Below the pieces are notes generated by a model, which saw nothing but the letters and a program-made list of their open reading frames with translations, ran no database searches and had not been told where the DNA came from. A stretch of DNA of 64,000 nucleotides. Origin: Heptranchias perlo (lineage: Eukaryota). The stretch spans positions 9,176,001 through 9,240,000 of the forward strand of contig NC_090349.1 in NCBI RefSeq assembly GCF_035084215.1, written 5' to 3'. The position numbers and the translations under genes were made by a program. Positions 11,828 through 24,174 of this stretch are shown one piece after another; within the stretch, counting starts at the first letter, position 1, and each line of letters starts with the position of its first letter.

Positions 11828-14660
11828 ATTGTCTTTGACCCCCGCCACAAGCTCTGTTCCCTAGCCACTGATTCCATCCCACTCCCTTGCCATTGTCTCA
11901 GGCTGAACCAAACTGTCCTATTGGGTCCTGAGCTGAGCTTCAGACCCTATATCCTTTCCGTCGTAATGACCACCTACTTCCACCTACATAATGGGCTCGA
12001 TTTTGGCGTCGGGTTTCCGGCGGGTTTCCAGCGGGGGGGCCCGGAAAATCCCGATATCCGGTCACGTGACCGGATCACGACGAAATCCCGGCCACTTCCG
12101 GGTACCGCGCTGACGTGCGGGGCTGCGCGTGCAAGCCCCGCTGGTGGGAATCCCGCAGGCAATTAAAGCCAGCGGGGTTCCACTTGAGAGTACTTACCTT
12201 GCTTGTTGAGGTCAGTTAATGAGCTGAATCAGCTGTCAAAAGAGGAAGTGTGGGATTTTAGGTTCAAGGCAGTGAGTTTCACACACTGGGGGAAACAGTC
12301 TCTCTCCAACCAGGCGTGTTGCAGCCAGCAGCCTGTGGCAGGTGGCAAGGTGCACTCCACGGGGGACAGCCCTCACCCACGCAGGAGGCCACTGCGTCAC
12401 ATAGGGCAGCCCCTGCCCCCCACCACCCCCCGCCAAGCCAGAGGACAGACCGACACAAAACCACAGCCCCAGTCCGAGGAACCACCCACCTACCCTGCAC
12501 AACCCCTCAGACCAACACCTGCCAGATGGGTGGTGTGTGGACACCCTCAGAGGACGAAGAGCATGACCAGCCCCAGCAGCCTCGCAGTCCACGCCGTCCG
12601 CCGCAGAGACGTGGAGCCCCCCAACACGGTGTTGTTGCACGCCCACCTGCACAGCAGGAGGGAGGGCTACCGCAGAGAGAGACGCATCGCAGAGGGCACT
12701 ACCCTCGCCACAGGGTCCACAGACCGAGGCGCAGCTCCCCGGACCTCTCCGAGCAGCAGTGCACAGGGAGGCGCAGATTCGCTCGACATGTAGTCGTGGA
12801 GATCTGCAGCCTCTTTCATGCCGAGCTGCTCCTGGCTGGCCCCAGCACCAACTGCTTACCTGTCACTGTCAAAGTCACCACTGCCCTCCACACCTTCTCC
12901 TCCGCATCCTTCCAGGGTGCAGCCGGCTACACCGCCGATGTCTCTCAGTCATCTGCGCGGACGAGCCCTGCAAATACACCTGCACCTACTCTGCAGTAAC
13001 ACGATGGGTGGCATCAGTGGTGGGTCCTCATAGTGATACCCAGGAGCGGGCATTATTGGACACAACAGACAGGATTCGCGGAGACATGGCAGTGGTGGTG
13101 TCAATATAATGTGTGCTGTTTGTTGCTCTGAAATTCAATATAGGTAACACCCATGACAAACCCTCAGACACCCTTGTGCACCCCCTTCATGCTCACGACA
13201 CGTTTGCCTTACGCTGCCTACTGCACATATGTGATGCATGCCCTGTGGCTGCAGCACAGGTGGTGGCAGGTTGAGTGAGGCTGGCCGTGAGGGAGATGCA
13301 CGAGAGGGTGAGTATGGGATGGAGCAATGAGATTGTATGAGGATTGGGTCGCGTGTTAGTGGCAGGATGAGTACTGGCGAGGTGAGTAGGTGGAGGTAAG
13401 ATGAGGATGGGGTTTGAGTGGGTATGAAGGGTGATGTGACAGAGTAGTGTTGGCGGTGCCGAAGGAGATGTGGGGTGGGGGCAGTGTTGTGGCAGACGGA
13501 GTGTAGGGGAAAGACTTCGTGTTCTCACTGCGGCTGACCTACTGCGGTCATTGCAGCGCCTCCTGCACTGTATGCAGGTGGGCGATATGTTGGTGGCGCA
13601 GGTGACCCCCTCTCCCACCTCGAGCCAGGCCTTCTTGGTGGCAGAGGCAGGCCGCTTCCTCCCGCCCGCCGGGTGGAAGATCTGTGTCCTCCCCCTCCTC
13701 CTCACCCCATCTGATGATACCTGGGGTGAGGCATCATTAAACTGGGAGCAGCCTTTCCCCTGGGCTGCTCCATGCTGCAATTTGTTCCATTGGTTGCAGC
13801 ATCTGTCAGTGGAGGACTGCCCCTTTAACTAGAGAGCCTCCAGCTGACAGATCGTACTGCGCGTGCGCAGCCCGACCGACGCGCAGGCCTGCGCCATGGA
13901 CCCCGGAGGAGCAGGTAATTGATTCCTATTAGTGTGTTGCCTGCTACGATCGCGCGGGCAACCCACTAATTTCGCGGAGCCTGTTGACCACGCTCCCGGA
14001 GGACCACCCGCTGGGAACCCGCAGGCCTGCTAAATTCGAGCCCAATATCTCCCGTCTCTGCCCCTTCCTCGGGCCATCAGCTCCTGAAACCCTCATCCAT
14101 GCTTTTGTTACCTCTAGACTCGACTATTCAAATGCTCTCTTATTTTCCACCCTCCATAAACTTAAGCTCATTCAAAACTCTGCTGCCCGTACCCTAACTC
14201 ACACCAAGTCCCGTTCACCCATCAACTCTTTGCTCGCTGACTTGCACTGGCTCCAGGTCTGCCAACAACTCAGTTTTAAAATGCTCAACCTCATGTTCAA
14301 ATCCATCCATGACCTTGCTCCCTCCCTATCTCTGCAATCTCTTCCAGTCCTACAACTCTCCGAGCTCCACATTCCTCTAACTCTGGCCTTTTACGCATCC
14401 CCCACTTCATTCGCCCCACCACTGGCGGCCGTGCCTTAAGCCATTAACGCCCCCCTAAGCCTCTACGCATCTCTACCTCTCTCTTCTTTAAGCCTCTGCA
14501 TAAAATCTACCTCTTTGATGAAGCGTTTGGTCGCCTGTCCTAATGCTTCCTTCTCAGGATCGGTGTTAAAGTTTTGTCTGATTATGCTCTTGTGAAGTGC
14601 TTTTGGGCGCTTTACTACCTTTAAGGCGCTATATAAGTGCAAGTTGTTCTTGTTGTTATT
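11828..14660 (+). mobile_element. L2 LINE 3' fragment split by the second Harbinger
   Basis: YFHLHN (to 11992) continues as NISRLCPFL..ETLIHAFVTSRLDYSNALL..QNSAAR..LHWL after 14043; L2-type tail near 14630. Confidence 0.85.
11993..14043. mobile_element. Non-autonomous, internally deleted Harbinger derivative (2051 bp)
   Basis: Same TIRs as 7635-11827; perfect AAT target-site duplication (11990-11992, 14044-14046); keeps only a 5' transposase remnant and a decayed Myb exon 1. Confidence 0.93.
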
Positions 14661-14799
14661 ATGTTATATTATGTTGTCATACATCTTGCTTCTAGCCTTC
14701 TGTAGCCTTGGTAATCTTACCAAGATGATGGGGAGCATGGAGCGTGCAATTAGCAACTATTAAAGGAAGTTCTGTGATGCTCCAAATCTAGCCTCTTGT

Positions 14800-15070
14800 G
14801 AATCATACACTTCTTTCACCCCAACATTGGCTGCCCTGCTTTCAGCCGTATAGGCCCTAAGCTTTGAAGTTCCCTCCCTAAACATCTCCACCTCTCTTCT
14901 CTTTTAAGACTCTGCTTAAAACCTACTTATTTGACCAAGCTTTTGGTCTCCTATCCTTACGTCTCCTTTTTTGACTCTGTGACAATTTTATCTGATTGCG
15001 CACCTGTGAAGTGCTTTGGGATGTTTTACTAATTTAAAGGAACTATATAAGTGCAGATTTTTGTTGTTGT
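14800..15070 (+). mobile_element. L2 LINE 3' terminal fragment
   Basis: Similar to the 14400-14660 tail (FKTLLKTYLFDQAF-type coding, then ctatataagtgca..ttgttgttgt). Confidence 0.65.
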
Positions 15071-15199
15071 ACAAATAATTCAGCAAGTTACCCTGATGAG
15101 TTGAGACGCAGTAAACCTCTTGTACCATATATAAGCAATTGAGGCCAGTCAGCTCGTGTTTCTGCTGTGATCCACCTATAAACTACCACCTACTGGTGT

Positions 15200-16372
15200 C
15201 ATAGAATCATAGAATCATAGAAGTTACAACATGGAAACAGGCCCTTCGGCCCAACATGTCCATGTCGCCCAGTTTATACCACTAAGCTAGTCCCAATTGC
15301 CTGTACTTGGCCCATATCCCTCTATACCCATCTTACCCATGTAACTGTCCAAATGCTTTTTAAAAGACAAAATTGTACCCGCCTCTACTGCTGCCTCTGG
15401 CAGCTCGTTCCAGACACTCACCACCCTTTGAGTGAAAAAAATTGCCCCTCTGGACCCTTTTGTATCTCTCCCCTCTCACCTTAAATCTATGCCCCCTCGT
15501 TATAGACTCCCCTACCTTTGGGAAAAGATTTTGACTATCGACCTTATCTATGCCCCTCATTATTTTATAGACTTCTATAAGATCACCCCTTAACCTCCTA
15601 CTCTCCAGGGAAAAAAGTCCCAGTCTGTCTAACCTCTCCCTGTAAGTCAAACCATCAAGTCCCGGTAGCATCCTAGTAAATCTTTTCTGCACTCTTTCTA
15701 GTTTAATAATATCCTTTCTATAATAGGGTGACCAGAACTGTACACAGTACTCCAAGTGTGGCCTCACCAATGCCCTGTACAACTTCAACAAGACATCCCA
15801 ACTCCTGCATTCAATGTTCTGACCAATGAAACCAAGCATGCCGAATGCCTTCTTCACCACCCTATCCACCTGTGACTCCACTTTCAAGGAGCTATGAATC
15901 TGTACTCCTAGATCTCTTTGTTCTATAACTCTCCCCAACGCCCTACCATTAACGGAGTAGGTCCTGGCCCGATTCGATCTACCAAAATGCATCACCTCAC
16001 ATTTATCTAAATTAAACTCCATCTGCCATTCGTCGGCCCACTGGCCCAATTTATCAAGATCCCGTTGCAATACTAGATAACCTTCTTCACTGTCCACAAT
16101 GCCACCAATCTTGGTGTCATCTGCAAACTTACTAACCATGCCTCCTAAATTCTCATCCAAATCATTAATATAAATAACAAATAACAGCGGACCCAGCACC
16201 TATCCCTGAGGCACACCTCTGGACACAGACATCCAGTTTGAAAAACAACCCTCTACAACCACCCTCTGTCTTCTGTCGTCAAGCCAATTTTGTATCCAAT
16301 TGGCTACCTCACCTTGGATCCCATGAGATTTAACCTTATGTAACAACCTACCATGCGGTACCTTGTCAAATG
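15200..16372 (-). mobile_element. CR1 LINE, 5'-truncated
   Basis: ORF 15360-16199 with GPLLFVIYIND, KFADDTK, LVRPHLEYCVQFW; (ATTCTATG)n tail at ~15200-15220. Confidence 0.92.
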
Positions 16373-17464
16373 CTCAAATGCTTTGCGGGGGATGAGTGTT
16401 TTGGTTTGTGTAACAAAAGGGAAGGTCAACCTTGTTTTTTTGTATCACCCACCAATAGGAATTGCGCCCCTGGGAGCGCGTAGTAATTGAGATCCCGGAG
16501 GATGCCGTGGTTCCTGTAATTTTCTGTAGTTTTCCGCTTCTGAGCTTGTCAGCGTCGCGATTACCGCTTATTCACGTTAAGGACGTTAAATCGCAGAGTG
16601 ATGACCACAGAAGCGGAAATGCCCGAACCTTTTTGTGTCTGCAGGAGAATCCATGAAATTGCCGCAAGCGATGCTTGGTGGGGCAGGCTGTGAATGGCCA
16701 CAGATATCGAAAGATGCCCGAGAGGGTGGAATTTTGCCAAGGTCCTCGTAACCGACAGGGCCTCGTATAGAACGGGGAGTCTTACCGAAAATTCGTGAAC
16801 AAAACGCCGCGATTTTCCGATATGACGGCCGTTGTCTTGGTGACACCATTCGTGGCGAGGAGCCCGATGTTTAATACAAAACTGACTGCCTATTGGGAGG
16901 AGGAATTGTAGCTACACCGGGAAGGAAAGTCCCATAGTAAGCCAATCTGAAAGGTGAAATGGAGCACGGGTAGCCGGATTTTCAGGTATTGCCGTTGGAA
17001 ATGGGGTGAAGTAATTTTTTCCAGGCCTTACTTACACTTTTCCTTCAGTATTTTTGAGTCCTGCTTAATAACGCAGGGCATGCTGCATAAACTGGAAGCT
17101 GCATTGTTTTGGGCACCAATGTAGGAACGTAACACAGCCAACCTGCCGTCGCGAAAAAGCTGCGGCCCCATCTCTGGGACTCGTGACCTACTGCTGGTGA
17201 CCTGGGAGAGGGAGTGTTGGGTGCTGTGAGACGCTGGAGTTTCTACTATCCGAGAACTGGCAGTAATTTCAATACAATTTATACATGGATGGCCGCTAAA
17301 CCAGTAAGCGGACACTTCTATAAATGCAGGTCCCTTCTTGCTTGCTTTGAAGCTTCAACCACCTATGGAAATATTTCAACTTTCTGTTTTGGGGCTAAAT
17401 CCATTTCTAATTCAATCTGAGAAGGTAGGACAAGTCGGATTTTTCATTATTGTGATTAATACAG

Positions 17465-17912
17465 TTACGCTGATAGACTGGAGAAGCTGGGATTGTTCTC
17501 CTTAGCGCAGAGAAGGTTGAAAGGAGATTTGATAGAGGTATTCAAAATCATGAAGGGTCTAGACAGAGTATAAAGAGGGAAACTTTTCCCATTGGCGGGA
17601 GGATCAAGAACCTGAGGACATAGAGTTAAGGTAATTGGTAAAAGAACCAAAGGCAACATGAGAAAAAGCTTTTTTACACAGCAAGTGGTTAGGATCTGGA
17701 ATGCACTGCCAGAGGGGATGGTGGAGGCAGATTCAATCATGGCCTTCAAAAGGGAACTGGATAAGTACTTGAAGGGAAAAAAATTGAAGTGCCACTGGAG
17801 GAGGGCGGGGGAGTGAGATTAGCTGGATTGCTCTTGCAGAGAGCCGGAATGGACTCGTTGGGCCGAATGGACTCATTCCGTGCTGTAGCCATTCTATGAT
17901 TCTGTGATTCTA
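17465..17912 (+). mobile_element. CR1 LINE 3' fragment
   Basis: CR1 C-terminal coding remnant and attctatgattctgtgattct tail. Confidence 0.8.
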
Positions 17913-18307
17913 TAATCGGATTTGTAACACTAAATCACATAATATGTAAGTGTTGACATATACTATAATTGCTCTCTGACTATTTATGTATACATTTTCT
18001 AAATGCTGCTTTAATCCATGTTGGAATTACATCAAATATGCTAAATACAAACTCACAGTTTATTAAACAAAACGTTTTGTGATTAAATGCCCTGTTGTGA
18101 GAAAAAGTGAGGGATAACTTATTTCGATGTTCGATTTCTGCTTGTGCTAATTCTTTACTAAGATGTAATAACGACTGTACATCAAGTTAAATTGGATGGA
18201 AAAGATGGAATGCATGTTATCAATTGCTATCAGTGCTAAACAGAATCGCTTATTCCCCCAACTGTCCACTCACAAAACATACCACGGCTAATAAACGAAT
18301 ATCATTA

Positions 18308-18313
18308 TTTATT
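18308..18313 (-). terminator. Candidate polyadenylation signal for cluster A
   Basis: AATAAA on the minus strand ~185 nt past the C-exon stop. Confidence 0.45.
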
Positions 18314-18498
18314 GAACAAATGTTTCTACGTCACAATTACAGGGTTAAAGTTTTCTGCCACAATGTTGACAGATTTAAGTCACTATTATAGGCCAGACGC
18401 GTGCAAATAGAAAGAAATGCATTGTGAATATCTAAACCCCGTTTTCAATCATAAACGCCATGAATAACAGTTTGCACCGAGTGGGCGGGTTTTCTCTT

Positions 18499-18827
18499 TC
18501 ACTGGCAGGCTGATCTCTCGATGCTTTGCTTGAGTTGAGACCCGAGAGACTCATGTGTAACCCCGCAGGTGTACACTTGGTGTGAGTTCCAGTCGGTGGC
18601 GGACAGGGTCAGATAACTGCTCAGACTGTACGTCTGATCGGTGTCCCGTACGGCCTGAGTCGTCTGGACACCAGTGTCCGTGATCTTGCCGTCTACGCTC
18701 CACGATACTTCCACCGAACCCGGGAAAAAATTATTCACCAAACACACCAGGGTCGCCGCCTTTGCAGCAGAGATCTGATCGGACGCCGGCGGGAGGAGGG
18801 ATACCGAAGGGCTGGATGTCTCTCGAT
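18499..18827 (-). CDS. IGLC: Ig light-chain constant exon (lambda-type), cluster A
   Basis: C1-set domain PSVSLLPP..ATLVCLV..F.PG...V.W..YSLSSYLTL...W.SH.VYTC.VTH..ERSACQ with penultimate interchain Cys; acceptor ttcattgtag, phase 1. Confidence 0.95.
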
Positions 18828-18894
18828 CTACAATGAAAATGATTGTGTTTAATAAAGAAAGAAACTGCAATCGTATAATACACACGCGTATAAT

Positions 18895-19345
18895 GCAACC
18901 CCTTGCTCAGTGGTAGCACTCTCGGTCTACGAGTCAAAAGGTTATGGGTTCAAGTCCCACTTCAGAGACTGGAGCACAAAATTTAGGCTGACACTGCAGT
19001 GCAGTTCTGAGGGAGTGCCCCACTGCAGGAGGTGTCCTCTTTAAGATGAGAAGTTAAATCGAGGACTGGTCTGACTTCTCAGTTGCACGTAAAAGATCCT
19101 ATGCCACTATTTCGAAGAAGAGCAGGGGAGTTCTCCCTGGTGTCCTAGCCAATATTTATCCCTCATCTAACATCATTAAAACAGATTATCTGGTCATTAT
19201 CACACTGCTGTTTATGGGATCCTGCTGTAGGCAAATTGGCTGCCACATTTCCGAAATTACAACAGTGACTACACTCCAAAAGAACTTAATTGGCTATAAA
19301 CCGTTTCCTGAAGTCGTGAAAGGTGCTATATAAATTAAAGTTCTT
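18895..19345 (+). mobile_element. tRNA-derived Deu-domain SINE (SacSINE1-like)
   Basis: A box (gctcagtgg) and B box (ggttcaagtcc), central domain ..gtaaaagatcc..gaagaagagcaggggagttctc.., L2-like tail gctatataaa; family name assigned from memory. Confidence 0.75.
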
Positions 19346-19469
19346 TATTTTTCGCCCATAAATCACAGCAACGTAATATGAAAGTGATCACATTCTTTGA
19401 AACAAATGGCCAGACCCTTTACTGTCAATTTGACGTATTTCTATGGAACAAATCTAAAATCACTAGATA

Positions 19470-20430
19470 AATACAACGCACAATAAGAGATGTTGTCATC
19501 CGTCTTCTAGTTTATAGCTGTGCCCGTGTGAATGGACGCCAATCCAGCCTCCCCACAACAGCTATTACATGCAAGTGTGCATATTTGCGCTCAAATCATA
19601 TTAGATCAAAATCGAAACCGTCAAATCTCAGCAGACTTTTATATATCGGAGCTCCAACCAGTAAAACAACGTGGCTTTCAAAAGGGAATTGGATAAGTAC
19701 TTGAAGGGAAAGAAACTGGAGGGCTACGGGGAAAGGGCGGGGGAGTAGGACTAACTGGATTGCTCTTGCACAGAGCCGGCATGGTTTTGACGGGCCGAAT
19801 GGCCTTCTTCTGTGCTGTAACCATTCTAAGATTCAATGGCCCTCACAGGGTTAATCCTTTCTTTACAAACGGATTATTCATTGTATATAGTACAGAAAGG
19901 AAATCTTCCCACACAGGGAGCAAATTAAGGTTAACTGCTACACAACGTTTAGTTTCCGAAGAATAATAATCTCCAAATATTGATCAACGTTTTGTTGCCG
20001 TAAATCTCGGGGATGATGGTCACAAACAGAGCACTAAAATGTTTACTACCTTGAAGGATATTACAATATATATAACGCTGGAAAAATAACCTTTACACCG
20101 TTTCTGCAAAGTTTACGCCGAAGATTCCGCAAGTAATCCAGAAAAAAAGCTCGGTGGAAACCCTATCGTGCACACCCCCTAACTTTTGGTTGAAATCAAA
20201 ACTATTTTCCAATACTAATACTAAATAATAAGTACAACGCACAATAAGAGATGTTGTCATCAGTGTTCTAGTTTAAAACTGTGCCCGTGTGAATGGACGT
20301 CAATCCAGCCTCCCCACAACAGCTATTACATGCAAGTGTGCAAATTTACACTCAAATCATATTAGATTAAAATCGAAACCGTAAAACCTCAGAAGACTTT
20401 TATATATCGGAGCTCCAACCAGTAAAACAA
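19470..20430. repeat. ~200-bp direct repeat pair in the cluster A J-C intron (~19470-19670 and ~20232-20430)
   Basis: tacaacgcacaataagagatgttgtcatc...ggagctccaaccagtaaaacaa occurs twice with few mismatches. Confidence 0.85.
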
Positions 20431-20980
20431 AACCGACTAGTACAGATGTCAATGTGTTCAACAATTGGAGGAGTTTTCTGTCTAAGCTCTATATGTGCCG
20501 AAATCGCAACCCGCCTCTTTATAAACGATTTCGTTACACATAACGTACAGAGGAAACCTTTCCCCTGGTGAAAACAGTATCTGTTATCAAAAGAATGTCT
20601 TGAGCTCGGTATTTTTAAGACATTAAAAAGCTTCTAATGATTATTGCACTGGCCATTCGTAATTATCCCTCAATAATCGAGCTAAAATTTTCAGTGCACC
20701 AGGGATTAAAGGAGGCGCTCATATATTGTTCTGTCTGTCTGCCTGAACTCTTATTTTATCTGTCTTTCTCTTTGTCTTTCTTCATCTCTCTGTCTCTTTC
20801 TCTCTCTCTCTCTGTATTTGCATATTTGCTATTTGTGCGACGCTTTCAATTATGTTTTCAAACACAGATTATTACAATCTATGAAATATTTCTATTGTTC
20901 GCTGTCTCTGCTCGAAGGGGAAAACTAATCATAGAATAAAACCCATCGTTTCCTTTACGATTTGAAAATGTGATTGTTTT

Positions 20981-22682
20981 CATAGAAGCATAGATTCTTA
21001 CAGCACAGAAGGAGGCCATTCTCTAGTAGTTTCCCCACCACTGACGCTAGACTGATTGGCCTGTAGTTACTAGGTTTATCCCTCTCACCTTTTTTGAATA
21101 GGGATATAACATTTGCAATCCTCCAGTCCTCTGGCACCACTCCCATATCCAAGGAGGATTGAAAGATTGTGATCAGAGCTTCTGCTATCTACACCTTTGC
21201 TTCCCCCAGCAACCAAGGATGCATCCCATCTGGCCAGGGGACTTGTTAACTTTGAGTGATGCCAACCTGTTCAGAACCTCCTTTCTATCTATTGTTATCC
21301 TTTCCAATTTCTCTATTCCCTCTTCCTCTGCTGCGACAATAACTTCACCCTCTGCTTTTGTGAAGACAGATGCAAAATATTCATTCAGTACCTCTGTCAT
21401 GCCCTGTGCCTCCTTCAAGAATATTTCTTTTTTTGTTCCTAATCGGCCCCACCATTCCTTTGACTATCCTTTTACTTTTTACGTTTATAAAGATTTTTAT
21501 GTTACCCGCTAATCTTTTCTCATACTCTCTCTTTGCCTTTCTCATATCCTTTTTTCAATTACCCCCTGCGTTCTCTGTATTCTAAATGTTTTTCTATTGT
21601 ATTCTGTACCTGACATTTGTCAAAAACCTCCCTTTTCTGTTTTATTTTAACCTATATTGCCTTTGTCATCCAGGAAGCTCTAACTTTGGATGTCCCATAT
21701 TTCCTCCTTATGGGAAAATGCTTGGTTTGCAGCCGAAGTATCTCCACCTTGAAAGCCTGCCAATACTCATTTACACTTTTCCTAGCCAATCTTTATTTCA
21801 TTTGTTTCTAGATCTCTCCTCAAATTACTGAAATTGGATCTCTTCCAGCTGGATATTTTCAACTTTGATATTTCTTTGTCCCTTTCAATAACTACTTCAA
21901 AACGAATTACATTATGATCAATATTACCCAGATGTTCTCCCACTGAAAAACACTCCACTTTTCCTATTTCTTTCTCCAGTACTAGATCCAGCATTGCTTC
22001 CTTCCTCGTTGGGCTAGAAACATACTGATTAAGAACGTTCTCCTGTTCACATTTTAGGAATTCTTCACCCTCCTTGCCCTTTACACTGTTTTCCCCTGGT
22101 CTATATTAGGGTAATTGAACTCCCCTGCTATTAGTATTACGGCTCTATTATTTTTACATTTTTCTGAAATTTGCCTACAGATTTGCTCCTTTATCGCCTG
22201 CTCATTATTTGGGGGTTTATAGTAAACACCCAGCAACATAGAAGTTCCTTTTCTGTTCCTTAACTCTAACCAAATAGATTCAGTCTTTGAACCCTCTAGT
22301 ACATCATCCCTCTGCAGCACTGTAATGTTATCCTTGATCAATACTGCCACCTGCTCCTTCACCGCCCCCCCCTCCCCCCCCTCCCCCCCCCCCCCCCCCC
22401 GCTCTTGCCCATGTTTCAGCCAGGTCTGCATTATGGCCACTATATCACAACCCCTTTTGGTTACTTGTGCCTGCAGCTCATCAACCTTATTTGTAACACT
22501 CCTCGCATTAACACACATGCATTCGGATATCATGCTGTCCGACTTTGCTTTTTCCCTCCATCTAATTCCTGTTCTTTCTACACTGTTCTTTACTCTGTTG
22601 CTGTTTGCCCCTCCTAGTTTTCTATGCACCTAGTCTCTCCTCTCTGCTGCTACGTCCTGGTTCCCCTTCTCCTGCCAAATTA
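20981..22682 (-). mobile_element. Internally deleted CR1 LINE in the cluster A J-C intron
   Basis: Endonuclease (NARS..K.DEL, ESIWLEL) and NYRPISL fragments; GTTTT on both sides; absent at the paralogous site near 40830. Confidence 0.85.
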
Positions 22683-22821
22683 GTTTTATATCCCTAATAA
22701 ACGAATTTAAACATTCGTTATAACCTACAGCATCAAGTGTCTTACCTGCCTCATAATATTATATTAATAATCAAAACGAGAATATCCATTGTACAGAATG
22801 AATCAAGTAAAAGTTACTTAC

Positions 22822-22860
22822 TCAGAACAGTCAGCTTGGTGCCTCCACCGAAGTAAAGCA
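22822..22860 (-). CDS. IGLJ: Ig light-chain J segment (LYFGGGTKLTVL), unrearranged, cluster A
   Basis: FGXG motif, GTAAGT donor at 22821, directly abutting a perfect heptamer. Confidence 0.95.
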
Positions 22861-22888
22861 CACAGTGCTACAGACCCATTCAAAAAGA
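22861..22888 (+). promoter_or_regulatory. 12-bp-spacer recombination signal sequence of J
   Basis: CACAGTG (22861-22867) + 12 nt ctacagacccat + TCAAAAAGA (6/9 match to ACAAAAACC). Confidence 0.88.
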
Positions 22889-22980
22889 TCCTGCAACAGA
22901 AACTCGCAGAGTTAATTTATGACATTGAAACAAGCAAGTATCCTACTGGGCATAACTCTTTTATATGGTATTAGGGTATA

Positions 22981-23600
22981 TGCCATCATTGCAAGGGGAT
23001 TGGAGTACAAGAGTAAGGAAGTCTTGCTGCAATTATATGGGCTCTGGTGAGATCTCACCTGGAGTACTGTGTACAGTTTTGGTCTCCATACCTAAGTAAG
23101 GATACACTTGCCTTAGAGGGGGTTCAACGAAGGTTCACTAGATTGATTCTTGAGAAGGGAAGATTGTCCTTTGAGGATAGATTGAATAAAATGGACCTAT
23201 GTTCTCTGGAGTTTAGAAAAATGAGAGGTGATCTCATTGAAACGTATAAAATTCTTACAGGGCTTGACAGGGGAGATGCTGAGAGGTTGTTTCCTCTGGC
23301 TGAAGAGTTTAGAATTAGGAGTCATAGTCTCAAAGTAAGTGGTCGGCCATTTAGGACCGAGATGAGGATAAATTTATTCACTCAGGCGGTTGTGAACCTT
23401 TGGAATTCTCTACCCCAGAGGGCTGTGACTATATTCAAGATTGAGATCGATAGACTTTTGGACACTAAGGGAATCAAGGGATATGGGGATAGGGCGGGAA
23501 AGTGGAGTTGAGGTCGAAGATCAGCCATGATCTTATTGAATGGCAGAGCACCTCGAGGGGCCATATGGCCTACTCCCGCATTTATTTCTTATGTTCTTAT
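22981..23600 (+). mobile_element. CR1 LINE 3' fragment inside the V-J intervening sequence
   Basis: ORF 23047-23511 HLEYCVQFWSP..RGDLIETYKI..VVNLWNSLP plus a CR1 tail. Confidence 0.9.
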
Positions 23601-23802
23601 ATAGTTCTGAAACGTGCTGAATACGAAGCTTGCTCAGTAATCTCCGAAAGCGTTAAATGGCAATATAATGCCTCACAGACAACATACCAAAAATTTCAGC
23701 AAATCCGGGTAAACAGTTTATGTCGACAACAGGATGGTAACTTTGGAAAATGGGGCGTTTCTTTAGTTGTCCCAGGAAAATCAGGAGTGGGGAGTGGGCG
23801 AC

Positions 23803-24174
23803 CAGTCCTGTGCAGGGTTTTTGTATCAGTCCTGTGCAGGGTTTATGTATCAGTCCTGTGCAGGGTTTTTGCATCAGTCCTGTACAGGGTTTATGTATCA
23901 GTCCTGTGCAGGGTTTATGTATCAGTCCTGTGCAGGGTTTTTGCATCAGTCCTGTACAGGGTTTATGTATCAGTCCTGTGCAGGGTTTATGTATCAGTCC
24001 TGTGCAGGGTTTATGTATCAGTCCTGTGCAGGGTTTATGTATCAGTCCTGTGCAGGGTTTATGTATCAGTCCTGTGCAGGGTTTATGTATCAGTCCTGTA
24101 CAGGGTTTATGTATCAGTCCTGTGCAGGGTTTATGTATCAGTCCTGTACACGGTTTTTGTATCAGTCCTGTGCA
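23803..24174. repeat. 24-bp tandem repeat (~15.5 units) built on the V-RSS spacer and nonamer
   Basis: Unit cagtcctgtgcagggtttatgtat; nonamer-type words every 24 nt from 23816 to 24152. Confidence 0.95.

Noticed and set aside
7845-13832. Many overlapping alternative-frame ORFs within the Harbinger elements
   Set aside because: Expected in GC-rich DNA; they are shadows of the transposase and Myb genes
16380-17030. CpG-rich unassigned stretch with short ORFs
   Set aside because: No recognisable protein motif, clear TIR pair or TSD; cannot be classified by eye
18895-18965. tRNA gene
   Set aside because: A and B boxes continue into a SINE body and tail, with other decayed copies in the window
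23803-24150. Additional complete RSSs or D segments within the nonamer array
   Set aside because: The heptamer-like CACAGGA lies 5 or 29 nt from a nonamer, not 12 or 23
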